Under the pieces are notes generated by a model. It ran no database searches and was not told the DNA's origin. It was given only the letters and a program-made list of their open reading frames with translations. Position numbers and translations under genes: made by a program. A DNA stretch of 64,000 bases from Candidatus Omnitrophota bacterium. Its GTDB lineage: Bacteria; Omnitrophota; Gorgyraeia; Gygaellales; Profunditerraquicolaceae. The stretch covers positions 7,393 to 71,392 of the forward strand of contig JAQTQG010000005.1 of assembly GCA_028712375.1 (NCBI GenBank). Reading direction: 5' to 3'. Numbering within the stretch: position 1 is the stretch's first letter; every line of letters begins with the position of its first letter. Shown here piece by piece: positions 52,015-62,158 of the stretch.

Positions 52015-52959
52015 ATGGCTAAAAAATTTATTATTGCGATAGATTTAGGTGGTACGAATTTAAAGTGTGCTTTGCTCGATGCGCAGCTAAAAATTAAAGC
52101 TAAAAGTTCTTTTAACACAAAGAGTTTTGATGATAAATACAAGCTTATCCAGGGCTTGGCGGATTCCGTAGATAATTTTATTATAAGCCAGGGTTTAGAA
52201 CGCTCTGTTATTTTAGGGGTTGGTATCGGTGTGCCTGGGCCGGTAGATACTTTTAGAGGGATTGTGCATTTTCTCCCCAATGTCCCCGGTTGGAAAGAGG
52301 TCCAGCTTAAAAAAATCCTGCTACGGAAGACTAAGCTGCCGGTTTTTGTGGATAATGACGCAAAGTTGATGGCTTTAGCTGAGCATAAGTTGGGTGCGGC
52401 GAAAAAATTCAAAAATGCGCTGTGCTTGACTCTGGGTACCGGTGTAGGAGGTGGATTAATAATAAATAATTCACTTTACCGCGGGGCGGATAATGCTGCC
52501 GGTGAAATCGGCCACTTTCCGCTTGATGAGAAAGGCCCGTTGTGCGGTTGTGGAGCCCGGGGTTGTTTAGAAACATATATTGGAAATAATAGGATCCTTA
52601 AAATTGCGCGTAAAATATTTGGATCTCAAATTACGCTGGAAAAGATCAGTTTGTTGGCTTTGCAGTTTAATCCTAAGGCAATAGAATTTTGGAATCAGGT
52701 TGGTAAAAAACTAGGTTTGGCTTTAAGCGGAGTGGTGAATTTGCTTAATCTTGATGCGATTGTTTTGGGAGGAGGAATTGCCTGTGCCGGCAACGTGTTA
52801 TTTAATAGTATTAGGCAGGCGATTCAATCCAGAGCTATGCCGGACCAGGCAAAAAGAGTAAAAATAATCAAGGCTGTTTTAGGGGTGGATGCCGGGCTTA
52901 TTGGGGCGGGGTATTTGGTTAAGGAGAGGCTAGAAAGAGGAACTCCGGATCTTTTGTAA
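52015..52959 (+). CDS. ROK family sugar kinase (glucokinase-like)
   Basis: IAIDLGGTN ATP motif, zinc motif GHFPLDEKGPLCGCGARGCLE. Confidence 0.85.
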   Translation: MAKKFIIAIDLGGTNLKCALLDAQLKIKAKSSFNTKSFDDKYKLIQGLADSVDNFIISQGLERSVILGVGIGVPGPVDTFRGIVHFLPNVPGWKEVQLKKILLRKTKLPVFVDNDAKLMALAEHKLGAAKKFKNALCLTLGTGVGGGLIINNSLYRGADNAAGEIGHFPLDEKGPLCGCGARGCLETYIGNNRILKIARKIFGSQITLEKISLLALQFNPKAIEFWNQVGKKLGLALSGVVNLLNLDAIVLGGGIACAGNVLFNSIRQAIQSRAMPDQAKRVKIIKAVLGVDAGLIGAGYLVKERLERGTPDLL

Positions 52960-53013
52960 ATTTAACTACTAAATCGTACATTCTCATAAATTAAATAAGA
53001 AAGAAGGTGCAGG

Positions 53014-53673
53014 GTGAAGATTTTTATTGATACGGCAAACGTAAAAGAAATAGGAGAGGCTGCCAGTTTAGGGTTGATTGACGGAGTGACTACCAATCCT
53101 ACGCTTATGGCTCGCGAAGGGCGCGATCCTGAACAGGTATTAAAAGAAATATGTGCTTTAGTCTCTGGGCCGGTAAGCGCAGAAGTAATCAGCTTGGAAT
53201 CTTCCGGCATGGTAAAGGAAGCGCATCATCTGGTTGAAGTGGCCAAAAATATCGTGGTAAAAGTGCCGCTTACTAAAGAAGGCTTAAAATCAGTAAAGAT
53301 CCTGGCGCAGGAAGGGATTAAAACAAATGTTACCCTTTGTTTTTCGGCGGCCCAGGCTTTATTAGCGGCTAAAGCAGGAGCAACCTATGTTTCGCCTTTT
53401 ATCGGCAGGCTTGACGATATTGCCCAGGAAGGAATGGATTTAATTAGTAGTATTAAAAAAATTTATGCTAACTATAATTTCCAAACTCAAATTATTGTTG
53501 CTTCTGTGCGTAATCCTATGCATGTGGTTAATGCCGCTTTAATCGGAGCGGATATCGCGACAATTCCTTATTTGGTGATCGAGCAGCTAATCAAGCATCC
53601 TTTGACCGAAATCGGTATAAACCGGTTTCTGGATGATTATAAAAAAATTCCCCAAGGAAATAATGTTAAATAA
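53014..53673 (+). CDS. fructose-6-phosphate aldolase / short transaldolase (TalC/MipB family)
   Basis: GTG start; [13 protein letters not shown]...GVTTNPTL, 219 aa. Confidence 0.85.
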   Translation: MKIFIDTANVKEIGEAASLGLIDGVTTNPTLMAREGRDPEQVLKEICALVSGPVSAEVISLESSGMVKEAHHLVEVAKNIVVKVPLTKEGLKSVKILAQEGIKTNVTLCFSAAQALLAAKAGATYVSPFIGRLDDIAQEGMDLISSIKKIYANYNFQTQIIVASVRNPMHVVNAALIGADIATIPYLVIEQLIKHPLTEIGINRFLDDYKKIPQGNNVK

Positions 53674-55891
53674 TTTAAAAAGAACATGTTTGTTTAGTTT
53701 TGCAATATTGAGTGTAATGTTGCTGGGGGGTAGTTTGGTTTTTGCGGAAACCAATAAAGAATCGCCTTTGATTATTAACGGTGATAATGTAGAGTACTCC
53801 GCAGATAGCAAAGAAGTTGTGGCTACCGGTAATATTGAAGTTATTTATAAAGGCACTAAGTTAACCTGCAATAGATTAAAGGTTAATATGCAAACCAAAG
53901 AAGGCCTAGCTGAAGGCAACGCTAGAATCGAGGATGCTAAAGGGATAGTTACTGGAGAAAAGATTATTTATGATTTTGCAAATAAAACCGGCATTATTTA
54001 TGATGCGGATTTTCGCGCTAATCCCTACTTTGGAAAAGCCAGAAAAGTTGAAAAAATAAGCGATAGCGAGTTTGTTTCTAAAAAGGGGTATTTCACTACC
54101 TGCAGTTTAGATCATCCGCATTACCGTTTTGCTTCCAAAAAAATCAGTATGTTTCCGGGAGATAAATTACAAGCCCAGGCGACTACGCTTTACTTGTGGA
54201 ATATTCCATTGGTTTATCTTCCGCAATTTAACTATTCCATGAAAGAGCCGATAATGCATGTGCAGGTTGAACCGGGTACGCGTAAAGATTGGGGCCCGTA
54301 TGTTTTAAATACTTGGCGTTATAATCTTACAGAGAATGCTAATCTCAGGATTTTTTTGGATTATCGTACTAAGCTTGGCTTAGGTGAAGGTTTTGATTTG
54401 AATTACAAGACTCCCGCAACCGGAAAAGGAGATTTTAAATTTTATTATACTGATGAAAGAACTGATAATTTACCTGCGGGAGCCCCCACAGAATTCCAGC
54501 GTTATTTTTTGCGTTGGCGCCATAAATGGGATATTGATCCGCGCACCAACGTAATCGCAGAGTTCTATAAGATTTCCGATAAACGCCGCCAATACGAAAA
54601 TAATCCGGCTCCAACTAATTCGGGTTCCAGTATTTACGCGCACAATATCCTGCAGGATTATTTCTTTCGCGAGTATGAGAGAGATTCTCAGCCGTTGACT
54701 TACGCGTTGTTCCATCATGCTTTTGATTATTCCAGCCTGGATATCCTTTTACAGAAGCGCACTAACCACTGGTTTGACCAGTTAAATAAGCTCCCAGAAA
54801 TTAATTATGCCTTACCGAGTTTGCAATTAGGGGATTCCCCGCTTTATTTTGAAAATGTCAGCCAGTTTGGGTCTTATAACAAAAAAGCGACAACAGACCC
54901 GCTTACAACCGATGATGTCACGGTAACCCGTTTAGATACGACGAATAAAGTTTCTTTACCGATGCGCTTAGGTTTCATACAATTTAAGCCTTTTGTTTCC
55001 TCCCGTCAGACTTATTATGATAAAGGAGCTAATGGCCAAAGAGGGATCGTGCGCACAGTTTTCTATAGCGGAGCTGACCTTAGCACGAAATTCTACCGGA
55101 TTTATAATGCCAAGACCAATTTTCTAAAATTAAACCTTAACGGATTGCGCCACATAATTACTCCCAGTATCGGCTATCTGTATACGCACCCGCCGACTAT
55201 TCCGATAAGTAATATAAAGCAAATTGACGCGGTAGACGCGATTAACCGCGGCAACACCGCTACTTTAAATTTATCGAATAAGTTACAGACTAAACGTAAC
55301 GGGCAAAGCGTGGATTTTGTGGATTTTTTAATTACTACGGATATTGTCCTTGACCCTAAGACCGGAGATAATGGTATCCTGACTCCGCGGGCAGGTGAAA
55401 ACTTAAAGGATAATTTTTCGGACATTCTTTTTAAGTTAAAGGTATTGCCATATTCCTGGGTACGTTTTGAATCTGAGGCTACTTTTGAGCATTCCGATCA
55501 CACAAACATAAACTATAATCGGTTTTCTTTAGCTAATTTCTCCACGACCCTTGATTTTGGCAAAGAGCGTTCACTATCTTTCGGCCAGCGCTATGAGCGT
55601 AAAGGCTATAACGAAATTACCGCGGATTTTAATTGGCGCCTGACTCCAAAATGGAAATTTAGGGTTTATCAGCGTTATAACCTTAAAGATTCTCCTACTT
55701 TGGACAAAGGTTTCCAAGAGCAGGAGTATACTTTAACTCGCGACCTGCATTGCTGGGATTTGGATATTACCTTGAACAAAAAAGAGGATACCGGCACGAC
55801 GATATTTTTTACTTTCAGGCTTAAAGCTTTTCCTGAAAATGAATTCGGTTTTGACCAAAAAATGAGCGAAAGTAAATCCGGCGCACAATAA
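53663..55891 (+). CDS. lptD: LPS-assembly protein LptD (OstA family)
   Basis: Signal peptide; OstA-like N-terminal beta-jellyroll ([21 protein letters not shown]...KLTCNRLKV), large C-terminal beta-barrel. Confidence 0.75.
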   Translation: MLNNLKRTCLFSFAILSVMLLGGSLVFAETNKESPLIINGDNVEYSADSKEVVATGNIEVIYKGTKLTCNRLKVNMQTKEGLAEGNARIEDAKGIVTGEKIIYDFANKTGIIYDADFRANPYFGKARKVEKISDSEFVSKKGYFTTCSLDHPHYRFASKKISMFPGDKLQAQATTLYLWNIPLVYLPQFNYSMKEPIMHVQVEPGTRKDWGPYVLNTWRYNLTENANLRIFLDYRTKLGLGEGFDLNYKTPATGKGDFKFYYTDERTDNLPAGAPTEFQRYFLRWRHKWDIDPRTNVIAEFYKISDKRRQYENNPAPTNSGSSIYAHNILQDYFFREYERDSQPLTYALFHHAFDYSSLDILLQKRTNHWFDQLNKLPEINYALPSLQLGDSPLYFENVSQFGSYNKKATTDPLTTDDVTVTRLDTTNKVSLPMRLGFIQFKPFVSSRQTYYDKGANGQRGIVRTVFYSGADLSTKFYRIYNAKTNFLKLNLNGLRHIITPSIGYLYTHPPTIPISNIKQIDAVDAINRGNTATLNLSNKLQTKRNGQSVDFVDFLITTDIVLDPKTGDNGILTPRAGENLKDNFSDILFKLKVLPYSWVRFESEATFEHSDHTNINYNRFSLANFSTTLDFGKERSLSFGQRYERKGYNEITADFNWRLTPKWKFRVYQRYNLKDSPTLDKGFQEQEYTLTRDLHCWDLDITLNKKEDTGTTIFFTFRLKAFPENEFGFDQKMSESKSGAQ

Positions 55892-55942
55892 ATCTTACCA
55901 TTATTTTGTAAAAAACCAGGTATAGTCTAAAAGAGGGGTCTA

Positions 55943-57241
55943 ATGAATATTTCGGTGATTGGTTCAGGGTATGTAGGCTTGGTCTCGGGGGCTTGTTTTG
56001 CCGAGTTGGGCAACCATGTTATTTGCGTTGATAATGATAAGCAAAAAATCAGCGGCCTTAAAAAAGGGGTAATCCCTATTTATGAGCCGGGATTGCAGGA
56101 ATTAATTGTTAGTAATCTTAAGAATAACCGGCTTAAATTTACTTCTAATATAAAAGAAGCGGTAAAAAATAGCGAAGTGATTTTTATTGCGGTTGGTACT
56201 CCTACTCTGGAGAACGGAGAGGCGGATTTAACCGGTATTGAAGATGTAGCCAGGAGCATCGCCCAGCATATAGATGGTTATCGTCTGATAGTGGAGAAAT
56301 CTACTGTTCCGGTGGAGACCTGTTCCTGGATTAAAAAAACAATCGCTACCTATATAAAAAAGAAGCAGAAGTTTGATGTAGTTTCTAACCCGGAATTTTT
56401 GCGGGAAGGTTCTGCAATACATGATTTTAACCATCCTGACCGTATTGTTTTAGGCCTGGAGACTCTCCGGGCTAAACAGATAATGACTAACCTGTATCAG
56501 CCGCTTAACCGGCCGATACTGGTTACTAATATTAAATCTGCCGAGTTGATTAAACATGCTTCTAACGCTTTTTTGGCGACCAAGATTTCATTTATTAATG
56601 CGATATCGCGTATTTGTGACCAGGTGGGTGCGGATGTCAGGGAGGTAGCTGCCGGTATGGGTATGGATAACCGTATCGGAAGATATTTTTTACATGCCGG
56701 GCTGGGATACGGAGGTTCATGTTTTCCTAAGGATTTGGATGCGTTTATTACGATTGGGGAAAAGCTAGGTTATGATTTTCAAATTCTTAAGGCGGTAAGA
56801 AATACCAACCAGGAACAAAAAGCCTTTGTTTTGAAAAAGATTAAAGATGTTTTATGGATTATTCAAGGTAAAACCATCGCAGTTTTAGGGTTATCCTTTA
56901 AGCCTAACACTGACGATTTAAGAAATGCTCCCAGTATTGATTTGATTAATGCGTTAATTCAGGAAGGCGCGAAGGTCAGGGTTTATGATCCGAAAGCCAT
57001 GGAAAAGGCAAAAAAGATCCTGAAAAATGTTACCTTTTGCAAAGACAAATATCAGGCTGCTTCCGGAGCCGATTGTTTAATTATTGCTACAGAATGGAAC
57101 GAATTTAAGGAGTTGGATTTTATAAAGATGAAAAAGAAGCTAAAACGCGCTTTGGTTATTGATGGCCGGAATATTTATGATCCAAAGCTGCTTACAAAAA
57201 TGGGGTTTACTTATATAGGAGTCGGGCGGGGGAATGAATAA
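55943..57241 (+). CDS. ugd: UDP-glucose 6-dehydrogenase
   Basis: MNISVIGSGYVGLVSGACFAELG Rossmann motif, catalytic GGSCFPKD. Confidence 0.9.
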   Translation: MNISVIGSGYVGLVSGACFAELGNHVICVDNDKQKISGLKKGVIPIYEPGLQELIVSNLKNNRLKFTSNIKEAVKNSEVIFIAVGTPTLENGEADLTGIEDVARSIAQHIDGYRLIVEKSTVPVETCSWIKKTIATYIKKKQKFDVVSNPEFLREGSAIHDFNHPDRIVLGLETLRAKQIMTNLYQPLNRPILVTNIKSAELIKHASNAFLATKISFINAISRICDQVGADVREVAAGMGMDNRIGRYFLHAGLGYGGSCFPKDLDAFITIGEKLGYDFQILKAVRNTNQEQKAFVLKKIKDVLWIIQGKTIAVLGLSFKPNTDDLRNAPSIDLINALIQEGAKVRVYDPKAMEKAKKILKNVTFCKDKYQAASGADCLIIATEWNEFKELDFIKMKKKLKRALVIDGRNIYDPKLLTKMGFTYIGVGRGNE

Positions 57242-58544
57242 AACTTTATCAGTTTGGGCCAGGAAAATAATAAGGAAGCAGTTAAAAATCGCCGTGGTAG
57301 GGTTAGGTTATGTCGGTTTTCCGTTGGCGTTGGCGTTTGCTAAAAAAAAGATTGAAGTAACCGGAATAGAAATTGATGCTGACCGGTTAAAATTAATCAC
57401 CGGCGGCCGGTCTTATATCAGTGATTTAAGTAACCGGGAGTTGGCTGCTGCTTTGGCCGGCGGTAATTTTAAAGCTAGTAGCAGTTTTTCGGATATTCAG
57501 TCGGCTGATGCGGTATTGATTTGTGTTCCTACCCCGCTCAAAGGGAAAAACCTGCCGGATATTTCATTTATCAAAAGCGCGGTGAACCAGGTCGCTTTAC
57601 ATCTAAAGAAAGGCGCGCTGGTAATATTGGAAAGCACTACTTATCCCGGGACTACCGAAGAAGAAATCCTGCCGATTTTTAAAAGGCATGGTTTTCAGCA
57701 TGGAAAAGATTTTTATCTTTGTTTTTCTCCGGAAAGGATCGACCCGGGTAATAAGCAGTTCCCGGTACATAAAATCCCTAAGGTTATCGGAGGCATGAGC
57801 CCTCAAGCTACACAGTTAGCAGCAGCGGTGTATCAGATTATTATTAAAAAAGTTGTACCGGTAAGCAGCTGCCGTGCAGCAGAAACAGTTAAATTGCTGG
57901 AGAATACTTACCGGCTGATCAATATCGGATTAATTGATGAATTATCGATGATGGCGCATAAAATGAAAATCGATATTTGGGAAGTGGTGCAGGCGGCAAG
58001 CACTAAACCTTTTGGTTTTATGCCTTTTTACCCCGGGCCAGGAGTGGGCGGGCATTGTATCCCTAAAGATCCGTTATATCTTTATTGGAAAGCAAAAAGT
58101 TTCGGTTTTCATTCACGTTTTATACACCTGGCTTCAGATGTTATTAAGTATATGCCTGAATATATTGCAAAAAGAGTTAAAGCAGGATTGTTGCGAAATG
58201 GCAGAGAACTGGTTAATTCCAAAATACTGGTGATTGGAGTTACTTATAAAAAGGATATAAAAGATTTGCGCAAATCGCCGAGTATCGATGTGATCAATAG
58301 CTTAAAAAAACAAGGGGCTAAAGTTTTTTATTCAGACCCGTTGATACCTTTTTTAAGGATGGGGAAGTTAGATTTGGAATCTGTGGAGTTAAGCCCTAAA
58401 AAGATAAAAGAATTTGACTGCTGTATTATTGCCACAGACCATAGCCGGTTTAATTATGGGGTTTTATTAAAAAATTCGAAATTCATTTTTGATTCCAGAA
58501 ATGTTTTTAAAGGGAAATATCCAGAAAAAGTAGAGAGATTATGA
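57234..58544 (+). CDS. nucleotide-sugar dehydrogenase (UDP-N-acetyl-D-glucosamine/mannosamine dehydrogenase-like, WbpA/WecC family)
   Basis: KIAVVGLGYVGFPLALAFA motif, catalytic GGHCIPKD. Confidence 0.8.
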   Translation: MNKTLSVWARKIIRKQLKIAVVGLGYVGFPLALAFAKKKIEVTGIEIDADRLKLITGGRSYISDLSNRELAAALAGGNFKASSSFSDIQSADAVLICVPTPLKGKNLPDISFIKSAVNQVALHLKKGALVILESTTYPGTTEEEILPIFKRHGFQHGKDFYLCFSPERIDPGNKQFPVHKIPKVIGGMSPQATQLAAAVYQIIIKKVVPVSSCRAAETVKLLENTYRLINIGLIDELSMMAHKMKIDIWEVVQAASTKPFGFMPFYPGPGVGGHCIPKDPLYLYWKAKSFGFHSRFIHLASDVIKYMPEYIAKRVKAGLLRNGRELVNSKILVIGVTYKKDIKDLRKSPSIDVINSLKKQGAKVFYSDPLIPFLRMGKLDLESVELSPKKIKEFDCCIIATDHSRFNYGVLLKNSKFIFDSRNVFKGKYPEKVERL

Positions 58545-58651
58545 GCCCCGCACTTTCTATGAATTAGTTTGATTAGGAGGGCAGAGGGGTAAATTTAATT
58601 TTAAGATTGATAAAATAGTGTTGAATATCAAAATAAGAAAGAAGGTGCGGA

Positions 58652-59587
58652 GTGAGTAAATTTTTAGTAACTGGAGGTGCGGGGTTTATCGGTTCGCATA
58701 TTGTTGAGGCTTTGGTTAAGCAGGGCCATTACGTAAGGGTATTGGATAATTTTTCCAGCGGGAAGATGAGTAATCTTAAGGGGCTTGAAAAAAAGATTGA
58801 CCTGATCAAAGGGGATATCTGTTCCAAATCGACGTGTGTTAAGGTGACTAAGGGGATGGATTACTGTTTGCATCAGGCGGCTTTAAGAAGCGTGCCTAAA
58901 AGCTTGGTTGAACCACATGCTTATAATTATGTAAATATCGACGGAACCCTTAATATGCTGGAAGCTTCCAGCCGGAATAAATTAAAACGTTTTGTTTTCG
59001 CTTCATCTAGTTCGGTGTATGGCGATACAAAATATTTTCCGGAAAAAGAAACATTTGTTCCCAGCCCGATTTCACCTTATGCTTTAAGTAAGTTAACCGG
59101 CGAATATTATTGTAAGATATTCAGTTTATATTTTAAGTTGCCTGCGATCGCGCTGCGTTATTTTAATGTTTTCGGCCCGCGCCAGGCTTTAGACGATGAT
59201 TATGCGGTGGTTATTCCTAAATTTATTAATTGCTTGTTGAATGACCAGCCCGCGCCGGTTTTTGGCAACGGGCGCCAATCCCGGGATTTTACTTTTGTGC
59301 AGAATGTGGTATCGGCGAATTTGCTTGCTGCCGGTAATCGTAAAGTTAAATTCGGTGTTTTTAATGTTGCCGGAGGCAAGGATACTACAATTTTAGATTT
59401 AGTTAAAGATTTAAATAAAATTTTGGGTAAAAATATTCCTCCCAAATTATTACCGGTGCGCCCCGGAGATGTATTCAAGACGCAGGCGGATATCCGCAGT
59501 GCTGCCAAGTTTCTGAATTTTAAGCCCAAAGTTAATTTTAGCGAAGGGTTAAAGATTACCGTTGATTTTTGGAAAAACAATGGCTAA
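58652..59587 (+). CDS. NAD-dependent nucleotide-sugar epimerase/dehydratase (SDR, UDP-GlcNAc/Glc 4-epimerase-like)
   Basis: GTG start; [10 protein letters not shown], YxxxK (YALSK). Confidence 0.8.
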   Translation: MSKFLVTGGAGFIGSHIVEALVKQGHYVRVLDNFSSGKMSNLKGLEKKIDLIKGDICSKSTCVKVTKGMDYCLHQAALRSVPKSLVEPHAYNYVNIDGTLNMLEASSRNKLKRFVFASSSSVYGDTKYFPEKETFVPSPISPYALSKLTGEYYCKIFSLYFKLPAIALRYFNVFGPRQALDDDYAVVIPKFINCLLNDQPAPVFGNGRQSRDFTFVQNVVSANLLAAGNRKVKFGVFNVAGGKDTTILDLVKDLNKILGKNIPPKLLPVRPGDVFKTQADIRSAAKFLNFKPKVNFSEGLKITVDFWKNNG

Positions 59588-60518
59588 GCAGACTGTTTTA
59601 ATTACCGGAGGTGCCGGTTTTATCGGTTCCCACTTGTGTAAAAAACTACTGGCCGGTAATTATATAGTAATTTGTTTAGATAATTTTATTACTGGCAGTC
59701 GGGCTAATCTAGAGCCATTAGCTAAAGACAAAAATTTTCAGCTGGAAGTTTGCAATGTTTCAAGCACTATTAATATCCCTGGTAAAATAGATTACGTTTT
59801 ACATTGTGCTTCTTTGGCTTCGCCCAAAGATTATCTGGATTTCCCTATTCAAACTCTTAAAGTAGGCTCTTTGGGCACCCATAATGCTTTAGGTTTAGCT
59901 AAGAAGAAAAAAGCTGTTTTTATGCTTTTTTCAACATCGGAAGTTTATGGTGATTCTCTGGAGCACCCGCAAAAAGAGAGTTATTGGGGGCATGTTAATC
60001 CCATTGGTGTGCGCGGATGCTATGATGAATCAAAACGCTTTGCCGAAGCGATAACCATGGCCTACCATCGTGTGCATAAATTGGACACCAAGATTATACG
60101 CATTTTTAATACTTATGGCCCGGGAATGCGGCATAATGATGGACGGGTGATTCCTAATTTTATCGATCAAGCTCTTGGCGGCGGTAATTTAACGGTTTAC
60201 GGAAATGGCAAGCAAACCAGAAGTTTCTGTTATATTGATGATTTGGTGGAGGGCATATTGCGGTTGATGGTATCAAAAGAAAATACGCCTGTTAATCTGG
60301 GAAATCCCGCCGAGTTTACTATAATCCGGTTGGCGGAATTAATCATAAAGCTAATCGGCTCTAAGAGCAAGGTTATTTTTAAAAAATTGCCTCAGGATGA
60401 TCCTCAACAGCGCCAGCCAGATATTAATAAAGCAAAGAAACTTTTAGCCTGGGAGCCAGTAGTGCCGCTGGAAGACGGGCTTAAACGTACTATATCCTGG
60501 TTTAGAGGATTAAATTAG
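59580..60518 (+). CDS. UDP-glucuronate decarboxylase (UDP-xylose synthase-like SDR)
   Basis: [28 protein letters not shown] motifs typical of UXS/ArnA-decarboxylase enzymes; genomic association with ugd. Confidence 0.75.
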   Translation: MAKQTVLITGGAGFIGSHLCKKLLAGNYIVICLDNFITGSRANLEPLAKDKNFQLEVCNVSSTINIPGKIDYVLHCASLASPKDYLDFPIQTLKVGSLGTHNALGLAKKKKAVFMLFSTSEVYGDSLEHPQKESYWGHVNPIGVRGCYDESKRFAEAITMAYHRVHKLDTKIIRIFNTYGPGMRHNDGRVIPNFIDQALGGGNLTVYGNGKQTRSFCYIDDLVEGILRLMVSKENTPVNLGNPAEFTIIRLAELIIKLIGSKSKVIFKKLPQDDPQQRQPDINKAKKLLAWEPVVPLEDGLKRTISWFRGLN

Positions 60519-60527
60519 TACCCTTCC

Positions 60528-60557
60528 TTGACAATTGCTTCCTTAATATGTTATACT
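60528..60557 (+). promoter_or_regulatory. sigma70-like promoter TTGACA-17-TTATAC(T) followed by a ~130-nt untranslated leader
   Basis: TTGACA 60528-60533; TTATACT 60551-60557. Confidence 0.4.
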
Positions 60558-60691
60558 TTTTGATAAAATCGCTTCCTTGTGTTTTACCCGTAAGCAATAG
60601 AGGGGTAATCAGTTAGGGTTGTCTTGAACGGTTCCAGTTCAGGTTTCAAGGCTGATAAAATATAATCAGTTTTTTACATAGGAGAGGTCTA

Positions 60692-61273
60692 ATGGGGATA
60701 GATTTAATTTCGCGCTTAAACTACTTGGATTATATTATTTTAATTGTTTTTTTTAGAATATGTTATATTGCTGCTAAAACAGGCCTATCCGTGGAAATAT
60801 TCAAGTTTTTAGGCATGATATTTTCTACCTATATCTCTTTGCATTATTATACGGTTTTATCCGACCTTATTCAAAGGCGTTTTTTGCCTAAGGCGATGCC
60901 TTTGGCATTTGTGGATTTTATTGTTTTTTTACTATTAGTGATATTTGGGTATTTATGTTTTGTGTTATTGCGCAGCATTCTTTCCCGGTTTGTGCAATTA
61001 AATACTGTTCCGAAAATTAATCAATTGTCCGGATTAATTTTGGGTTTTGGCCGGGCTTTTTTAGCGGTGGGTTTATTATCTTTTGCTTTAAGTATTTCCA
61101 GTGTTGATTATCTTACCCGTTCAGTTGGCCATTCCTATTTAGGTAGCCGGGTTTTTAGTATTTCACCACAAACATATTCCTGGATTTGGAACAATGTTTT
61201 TTCAAAATTTTCCTCGCATGAAAAATTTAATTCTACGGTTACTGAGGCTACGGATAAGATAGCTCCTAGATGA
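60692..61273 (+). CDS. cvpA: CvpA family membrane protein
   Basis: 193 aa, four TM helices, N-terminus ...LDYIILIVF... Confidence 0.55.
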   Translation: MGIDLISRLNYLDYIILIVFFRICYIAAKTGLSVEIFKFLGMIFSTYISLHYYTVLSDLIQRRFLPKAMPLAFVDFIVFLLLVIFGYLCFVLLRSILSRFVQLNTVPKINQLSGLILGFGRAFLAVGLLSFALSISSVDYLTRSVGHSYLGSRVFSISPQTYSWIWNNVFSKFSSHEKFNSTVTEATDKIAPR

Positions 61274-62154
61274 AACTAGTTGAATTTTACAATTTGGCAG
61301 TGCATTTCGGGCGCCTGGCTGACCCGCGCAAAAATAAGCGTATGATAAAATCATTTCCGGATTCTGCTATTCTTTTCGGCCGCCCGGATTTAGAAATAAA
61401 AAAGATTATGGTGGGTATTGATATTGAAGTTGCGGAATTATTACTGGCCGACCGTATTCGTCAGAAACAAGGTTTGGATTTGGTGTTTGCGCATCATCCC
61501 GAAGGTAAGGCTTACGCGAATTTGCATGAAGTAATGCGGTTGCAGGTAGATTTGTTGATTCAGGCTGGCGTGGCTCAAAAAACAGCCTTCCGGTTAATGG
61601 AGGAAAGGATTTCCGAGGTTCAGCGCAGGATATTACCCCAGAATCATACCCGGCCGGTAGATGCAGCCAGGCTGTTAAATATGCCTTTTATGAATATGCA
61701 CACCCCGGCAGACAATCATGTTTATCGGTATCTGGAGGGTATTTTTAGACAAAAAACTAAACAACCGCGCCTGCTTGAGGACGTGGTTAAGGTATTAAAT
61801 ACTATACCGGAATATCAGCTTGCTCAAAAATTTAACACCGGGCCCCGTATAATTTTAGGTAATCCAAAACGGCCGGCCGGCAAGATCTTATTTGATATGA
61901 CCGGAGGCACCGAAGGGTCAAAAGATGTTTTTGATAAATTGTATAAAGCGGGGATAAGGACTTTAGTGGCGATGCATTTAGGAGATGAGCATTTTAAAAA
62001 GGTTAAAGATGCAAATTTAAATGTGGTGATCGCCGGGCACATTTCATCGGATACTTTAGGATTAAATCTGCTTTTAGATAATATTGAGCGCCACGCAAAA
62101 CAGGATTTTCAGATGATTGCTTGTTCCGGTTTTACCAGGATTAAGAGGAAGTAA
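61270..62154 (+). CDS. Nif3-like dinuclear metal-centre protein (YqfO/YbgI family)
   Basis: DLVFAHHPEG His-His motif, C-terminal AGHISSD; Nif3 homologs lie next to dnaG-sigA in Firmicutes. Confidence 0.45.
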   Translation: MKLVEFYNLAVHFGRLADPRKNKRMIKSFPDSAILFGRPDLEIKKIMVGIDIEVAELLLADRIRQKQGLDLVFAHHPEGKAYANLHEVMRLQVDLLIQAGVAQKTAFRLMEERISEVQRRILPQNHTRPVDAARLLNMPFMNMHTPADNHVYRYLEGIFRQKTKQPRLLEDVVKVLNTIPEYQLAQKFNTGPRIILGNPKRPAGKILFDMTGGTEGSKDVFDKLYKAGIRTLVAMHLGDEHFKKVKDANLNVVIAGHISSDTLGLNLLLDNIERHAKQDFQMIACSGFTRIKRK

Positions 62155-62158
62155 AAAA

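Noticed and set aside
51960-52412. 150-aa minus-strand ORF
   Set aside because: It is entirely antisense to the ROK glucokinase gene, which has clear ROK motifs. It has no SD and no family signature, so it is most likely a shadow ORF.
62117-62158. ORF-track upstream start of dnaG (MLVPVLPGLRGSKK...)
   Set aside because: It overlaps the Nif3-like gene. ATG 62159 directly follows that gene's stop and has an A-rich spacer.
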